A DNA stretch of 64,000 bases, taken from an uncultured Deferribacteres bacterium (GTDB taxonomy: Bacteria > Zhuqueibacterota > JdFR-76 > DREG01). The notes below the pieces were generated by a model, which was not told the DNA's origin, made no database searches, and saw only the letters and a list, made by a program, of their open reading frames with translations. A program made the translations under genes and the position numbers. Of this stretch, positions 59,746 through 64,000 are shown piece by piece (position 1 is the stretch's first letter; each line of letters opens with the position of its first letter). The stretch spans positions 14,484 to 78,483 of the forward strand of contig CAJVYQ010000008.1 of NCBI GenBank assembly GCA_913009825.1. The letters run 5' to 3'.

Positions 59746-60354
59746 TTAAAAAATGATTTTCATGCCGAGACGTAAAGAATACGGAAGTGAATCTGACGAA
59801 TATGACTGGTTCCTAAAAAATATTCCGGGAACAATAAAGTAAGCACGATACAACCTTACAGATTTGGACAATCCCAATAAATAATAAAAATGTAATCTGG
59901 ACTCAGAATTGACCAATATGTATTGAAATTGATTGAATCGGTCCCGTTCAATTACTTGATCAGTTGATTGTACATACACACCTAAACCAAGAGAAAAGAG
60001 TTTAAAAACAGTTGAACTCAAATATATTGCATAATCCTTTCTGTCCCCGGATTTTAATGGAATGCGCGACATACTATCGCCAAAGTTATATTGATGATAA
60101 GTATACTCAAAAAATGCATGAACAGAGATTTTCAAGAAATCATATCCATAACCAAACCTGCAAACAAAATGTGGTTCAAAGTCACCACTATAAGAGACAC
60201 GAAAAGGATAAGCGCCCATATCCAGAATAATGCTTTTGTTGATATGGTTGGTACTATCCACATCAGTCAGAGAAAAGGAGATTTTTTTTGAATATAAATT
60301 GCTTGTTCCAGACAGGATAAATAACAGAATAAAACAGCTTTTTATTATTCTCAT
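59746..60354 (-). CDS. Small outer-membrane beta-barrel protein (about 180-aa mature, probably 8 strands), low-GC
   Basis: It has the signal peptide MRIIKSCFILLFILSGTSNLYS, alternating hydrophobic beta-strand periodicity, a C-terminal ...LRLGMKIIF ending in Phe, and a markedly AT-rich ORF and upstream region. Confidence 0.6.
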   Translation of the reverse strand: MRIIKSCFILLFILSGTSNLYSKKISFSLTDVDSTNHINKSIILDMGAYPFRVSYSGDFEPHFVCRFGYGYDFLKISVHAFFEYTYHQYNFGDSMSRIPLKSGDRKDYAIYLSSTVFKLFSLGLGVYVQSTDQVIERDRFNQFQYILVNSESRLHFYYLLGLSKSVRLYRAYFIVPGIFFRNQSYSSDSLPYSLRLGMKIIF

Positions 60355-60696
60355 CTTAATTTCACCATTTAAGATTTACTGATCAATAGTAATAAAAGGT
60401 TTCATATCAAAAATTTATTTTGTTTCATTCCATTTTTTTGCATCACACTAACTACCAAACAATTGCCAGGTTCGATGATCTTGCAATAATTTTTTTGTAA
60501 AAAAATATCATCTTTCAGTAATAGATCGCGAAGTGATGACTCTCCCGTTAAAAATCCTTATGTTTACAACAAATATAGCCCATTATTTATATCTGATTAC
60601 ACGATTACTTTGATCCCGGGGTAACCATACCGGTCAACCACCCAATCTAAATTCGGATTCCTATTCTCATTTTTAACAGCAAATACCGGTTATTCA

Positions 60697-61833
60697 TTAT
60701 TCTTCATCCTGCACAATTCCCTTCCCCGCAAACGCCATCAAGCCGTACGTAAGCGCCTTTGTTAAATGTTGTTTTTCCGATTCTTCAGCCGCTTCAATCC
60801 GGGCGAGAAAATTCTTTACAAATTCACCCCGAACCGTTTTCTCTGCGGCCAGACCGGCAAAATCGAAACCGGGAAGGGTTTCGTCCGTCAGCAGACAGAA
60901 TGCACAAAATGACTGTATCTGTTCCTGCAAAATTTCTAAGTCTGTTTCAATTTCCGGCGCCGGGCTGCCGGTTAGTTTTATTTTTGTGTAGGTGGTTTCG
61001 TCCACATTTTCCCGCAGCCATTTTTCAACAGATTCTTTAACATCTTCACGACTGTTTGCCGCAGACACATCCACATTCCCTATTTTGAAGTTCCAGCGAT
61101 TCACCGGAATGATTTCCGTTTCAATCTGATCATCGGTTGCGGTAATCAAACCGACACTATGTCCGTTCTCTTCTCCGAACCCAAGCGGTTCCGGACTGCC
61201 GGGATAGAAATACTCGCCGCTGTCCTGCCGGTGCAGTTTTCCCCGGTGGTAGTGGCCAAGCAACGCCAAATCCGCTCCGCTGTTTTGCAATTCCGCGGGC
61301 AGAAAAGGCGCGTGGGTCTTTTTCCCCTCCGGCACGCCGGACATATCCGAACCGTGAAACAGCAGAATATGTTTCCCCGCTCCGGCGACTTTGAAATTCT
61401 CCAGCGGCTTCTTCCGAACAGAAGGCGACTGATGCGCCAGCCCCCAGAGCATTACCCCCTGCGTCAATTGAACCGGCGTAAATTCCCCGGCTTGAAAAAT
61501 GGTTACATTGGCAGGCCAGTGGAGAAAGCGGTAGAGAGAATCCGCCACAAACGGATCGTGATTTCCCGGTGCGATGAAAATCTTCACCGGCGCGATGCGG
61601 CGAAACTGACTGATAAGAAATCCGCCGGTATCCCGCGTGAAACGTTCTTGCTCGAACAGATCGCCGGCGATGGTGACGGCGTTCACTTTCTTTGCCGCTG
61701 TCATATCTAAAATTCTTTTCAGCGCTTCCCGTAAATGCTCTCTGTGTTTTCTTGCTTCCAGACCGGTCAAACCGGTACCGGCAAATGAAGCGTCCAGATG
61801 CAAATCGGCAAAATGCAGGATTTTGTAATTCAT
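60697..61833 (-). CDS. YhaO/SbcD-like calcineurin-type metallophosphoesterase (Mre11 family nuclease)
   Basis: The phosphoesterase motifs are present (ILHFADLHLD, TIAGDLFE, APGNHD, LLGHYHRG). Confidence 0.8.
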   Translation of the reverse strand: MNYKILHFADLHLDASFAGTGLTGLEARKHREHLREALKRILDMTAAKKVNAVTIAGDLFEQERFTRDTGGFLISQFRRIAPVKIFIAPGNHDPFVADSLYRFLHWPANVTIFQAGEFTPVQLTQGVMLWGLAHQSPSVRKKPLENFKVAGAGKHILLFHGSDMSGVPEGKKTHAPFLPAELQNSGADLALLGHYHRGKLHRQDSGEYFYPGSPEPLGFGEENGHSVGLITATDDQIETEIIPVNRWNFKIGNVDVSAANSREDVKESVEKWLRENVDETTYTKIKLTGSPAPEIETDLEILQEQIQSFCAFCLLTDETLPGFDFAGLAAEKTVRGEFVKNFLARIEAAEESEKQHLTKALTYGLMAFAGKGIVQDEE

Positions 61834-61926
61834 CGGGATAAGCCTTTGTTAAGAAAGAAGATCGTACAATTATATCCGATTATTTATGTTAGTACACAGA
61901 AAACTGTTGAAGATACCTGTTTTTAA

Positions 61927-61984
61927 CTACAGAAATGAGACATCACAAAAAAAAATCATTTCTGCGGCATCTCATTTCTGCGGC
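61927..61984. repeat. Family-6 palindromic element, second copy
   Basis: cagaaatgagacatc ... an A9 loop ... tcatttctgcggcatctcatttctgcggc shares the GCCGCAGAAATGA core with 25566-25630. Confidence 0.7.
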
Positions 61985-62247
61985 TAAAAGTAATCGATTT
62001 TCATTCCCGGATCCATTACGATTAAACTTATTCAATCTTCAAAGGATGAAGCAGCTACCGAATTTCCAGTCTCTACTCTCTCCCTTTTCCCGGAATAGAT
62101 ATTGCCTTGCGGGCATATTCACCGGCAAGAATTTTTCGGATGCCCGGCAGCGAGAAATCGGCTAACTGCAATTTAAACCGGTGCAAAATCTTTTGCAAGA
62201 TATTTTTTATTCGCGGTTCGAAACATTGCCATTTGGCATGCGGCATC

Positions 62248-64000
62248 TCAACCTTTTGCGGCGGGACAAATATTGGCAAAAGCGCAGTAGTGACAGGACA
62301 TGTATCCCGGTGTGGCTTCATAATTTCGCCGCCGGATCCCCTGTGCGGCCTTCATAATTTTATCGTAAGCTTTGTCAATCATTTTGGGTTGAACCTCTAC
62401 GGAACCGGTCAAACCGGATTCAAGGAAGTGTAGTTTTACTCTGCTCGGATATTCATGATAGTTATCATGGTAAGCGATAGCATAGATACGTAACTGCAGG
62501 CTCTCTTTGGCGCGCTTATCCGCTTTCTCCTGCTCCCGCACATTGGAAGATTTGTAATCCAGTATTTCTACTCCGGCATCGGTTTTGTCAATTCGGTCCC
62601 AGCGGCCGACAATGCGGTTGTGTTCCCAGATAAAGCTGAACTCTTTTTCGATGAACGTGGGCAGCCGGGTTTCTTTCTGCTGATTATTGTAAAACTGAGT
62701 CAATGTTTCCTGTCCGGCCAAAAATCGCAGCCGTTCATGCTCCCGGGAGATGAACCCTTCCGAAATCCAACTGTCTTTGAAAACCCGGATCATCTCATCC
62801 GGCGACATGGGCAGCGAGCGAATTTTGCGGCGCAGATACTCCTCCACCGCTTCGTGCAGCGCTTTGCCGTAAATCACCGAATGATGCGGCAGAATGGGCA
62901 CACGCAGCACATGGACATATTTGTATTTCAGCGGGCAGGTCAGGTAGTCGTCAATCTGATAAAAACTGAGCGAGATCAGCTCATCATCGGGAATGGGAGC
63001 AAACAGATCCGTATGCTTGATATTTACCGGCGCGTTGCGGGCGATCTGCTCCATGGCTGAAGCGCGCACGTAATCTTCATCGGCAACAGGCCGGTCCAGC
63101 GCCTCCGTCACAAATTGACTCACTTTCCGGGGACGTACGCCGCCGTAATCCCTGCCGCTGGTTAAGTACAGTTCCTTTTGCGCCCGGGTCATGGCTACGT
63201 AAAACAACCGCCGTTCCTCCTGCAAATGGGAGTTGGCCTCCGGCGCCGCTTCCCTGACCAGTTCATCGGGGAGACTCAAGCGCTCCGCGCGGCGATTGTG
63301 GGGAAATTTTTGCTGCACCAGTCCCACCAGAAAAGTAACCGGGAATTCCAATCCTTTTGCTTTATGAACCGTGAGTACATGCACGGCATCCGTGTCGATA
63401 TCTGCATCGGCGGTGGCGGGATTATCGCCGGCTTCAATCAGCATATCCAGGTAATTGACAAAATTCTGCACCCGGTCAACCTGGGCAACGTAACCGAAGC
63501 CGCGGACAATATCAAAAAACTTAGCGATGTTTTGCACTTTCAGATCATTTTCCGGTTTCTGAAAATTGGCCAGTTTTTTCAGATAGGTGGTATTGTCCAG
63601 ATATTCGTACAACACAACGCCTGTGGATTTGTCGCGGCTCATCTGTAAAAAATAATCGATATCCCGCAAAATTTTGCGGATGGTAGCTATAGATTCGGTA
63701 GAAATTTTTCCCGCCGGTTCGGACTCGCCAAGATTTTCGAAAACGGCGTACAGAGTCAGGTTTTGTTTTTTGGCCAGGCGGCTGCATCGCTGCAAGTCAA
63801 CCATTTTCAGCATGTAAATTTCCGAGCTGGCCAGATGAAACAAGCTCACAGAATCTTCAATATCTCCGATCACACGCAGAAAAGAGAGCAGCAGTTGGAT
63901 CTCCGGCTGCTGATACAGACCTCTGTTCCCGGAAAACCGGTACGGAATGCTGCGCATATTCAGCGAGCGCAGGAACGGATCGGCATCGTTGTTGGTGCGT
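62248..64000 (-). CDS. UvrD-family helicase with a C-terminal RecB-type PD-(D/E)xK nuclease carrying a Cas4/AddB/AdnB-type Fe-S Cys cluster; the N-terminus lies beyond the window end
   Basis: It has helicase motif VI TVHKAKGLEFPVTFLVGL and MTRAQKELYLT. The nuclease motifs are GRWDRIDK...VEILDYKSS. The Cys pattern is Cys (CPLKYKY) ... CHYCAFANIC (Cx2Cx5C). The reading frame is open upstream of the Met at 63957 through to position 64000. Confidence 0.8.
   Translation of the reverse strand, partial: RTNNDADPFLRSLNMRSIPYRFSGNRGLYQQPEIQLLLSFLRVIGDIEDSVSLFHLASSEIYMLKMVDLQRCSRLAKKQNLTLYAVFENLGESEPAGKISTESIATIRKILRDIDYFLQMSRDKSTGVVLYEYLDNTTYLKKLANFQKPENDLKVQNIAKFFDIVRGFGYVAQVDRVQNFVNYLDMLIEAGDNPATADADIDTDAVHVLTVHKAKGLEFPVTFLVGLVQQKFPHNRRAERLSLPDELVREAAPEANSHLQEERRLFYVAMTRAQKELYLTSGRDYGGVRPRKVSQFVTEALDRPVADEDYVRASAMEQIARNAPVNIKHTDLFAPIPDDELISLSFYQIDDYLTCPLKYKYVHVLRVPILPHHSVIYGKALHEAVEEYLRRKIRSLPMSPDEMIRVFKDSWISEGFISREHERLRFLAGQETLTQFYNNQQKETRLPTFIEKEFSFIWEHNRIVGRWDRIDKTDAGVEILDYKSSNVREQEKADKRAKESLQLRIYAIAYHDNYHEYPSRVKLHFLESGLTGSVEVQPKMIDKAYDKIMKAAQGIRRRNYEATPGYMSCHYCAFANICPAAKG

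Noticed and set aside
62073-62321. Tracked 82-aa ORF overlapping the 3' end of the helicase-nuclease gene
   Set aside because: It overlaps a strongly supported CDS by 74 nt in another frame. There is no ribosome-binding site or homolog, so it is probably spurious, although a small downstream gene cannot be fully excluded.

Overview
This 64-kb segment is bacterial chromosome, about 45-50% GC. Roughly 58 of 60 genes sit on the minus strand, so it is probably one leading-strand replichore arm. The content is core housekeeping plus central metabolism, with the following blocks.

- **Coenzyme A and small housekeeping genes:** coaBC, partial at the window start, then rpoZ, gmk, remA and a yicC/yloC-like gene. 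This order matches Firmicutes.
- **OMP, cupin, mutS and birA-like:** a signal-peptide outer-membrane beta-barrel, a cupin, mutS and a birA-like ligase.
- **Central metabolism:** maeB, an acetyl-CoA hydrolase/transferase-family gene, ald, a CheY-like response regulator and an acyl-CoA dehydrogenase.
- **Fatty-acid/phospholipid cluster:** rnc, fabF, acpP, fabG, fabD, fabH, plsX, rpmF and yceD.
- **Redox and nucleotide genes:** a divergent ThyA-fold gene, nfnAB and ndk.
- **Reductive-TCA-like block:** a four-subunit 2-oxoacid:ferredoxin oxidoreductase (delta-alpha-beta-gamma) followed by sucCD.
- **Toxin-antitoxin locus:** an mntA/hepT locus whose toxin gene is decayed.
- **arcC pair:** arcC fused by a 4-nt overlap to a cPGS/COG2403-like P-loop NTPase.
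- **dusB and rpmB.**
- **Division/cell-wall cluster:** a compact cluster mraZ-rsmH-ftsL-ftsI(PASTA)-murF-mraY-ftsW-murG-ftsQ-ftsA-ftsZ that lacks murE, murD, murC, murB and ddl.
- **DNA-end-processing cluster:** a yhaN/sbcC-like membrane ATPase, a yhaO/sbcD-like phosphoesterase and an AdnB/AddB-like helicase-nuclease that is partial at the window end. A low-GC small OMP gene is inserted into this cluster.

The most striking feature is an unusually dense population of short non-coding repeats in nearly every long intergenic gap.

- There are at least six families of MITE-like or palindromic elements.
- Several are nested inside one another, one is tandemly duplicated, and one family shows 3-bp target-site duplications.
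- Some copies abut gene fragments: a truncated sigma-54 activator C-terminus, a degraded DEDDh exonuclease, and a hepT gene with an in-frame TGA whose stop codon lies inside a repeat terminus.

No CRISPR array, tRNA, rRNA or transposase gene was recognised.

Two small AT-rich cassettes look horizontally inserted into operons: a nucleotidyltransferase plus 91-aa pair between korD and sucD, and a 202-aa OMP between the yhaO-like and yhaN-like genes.
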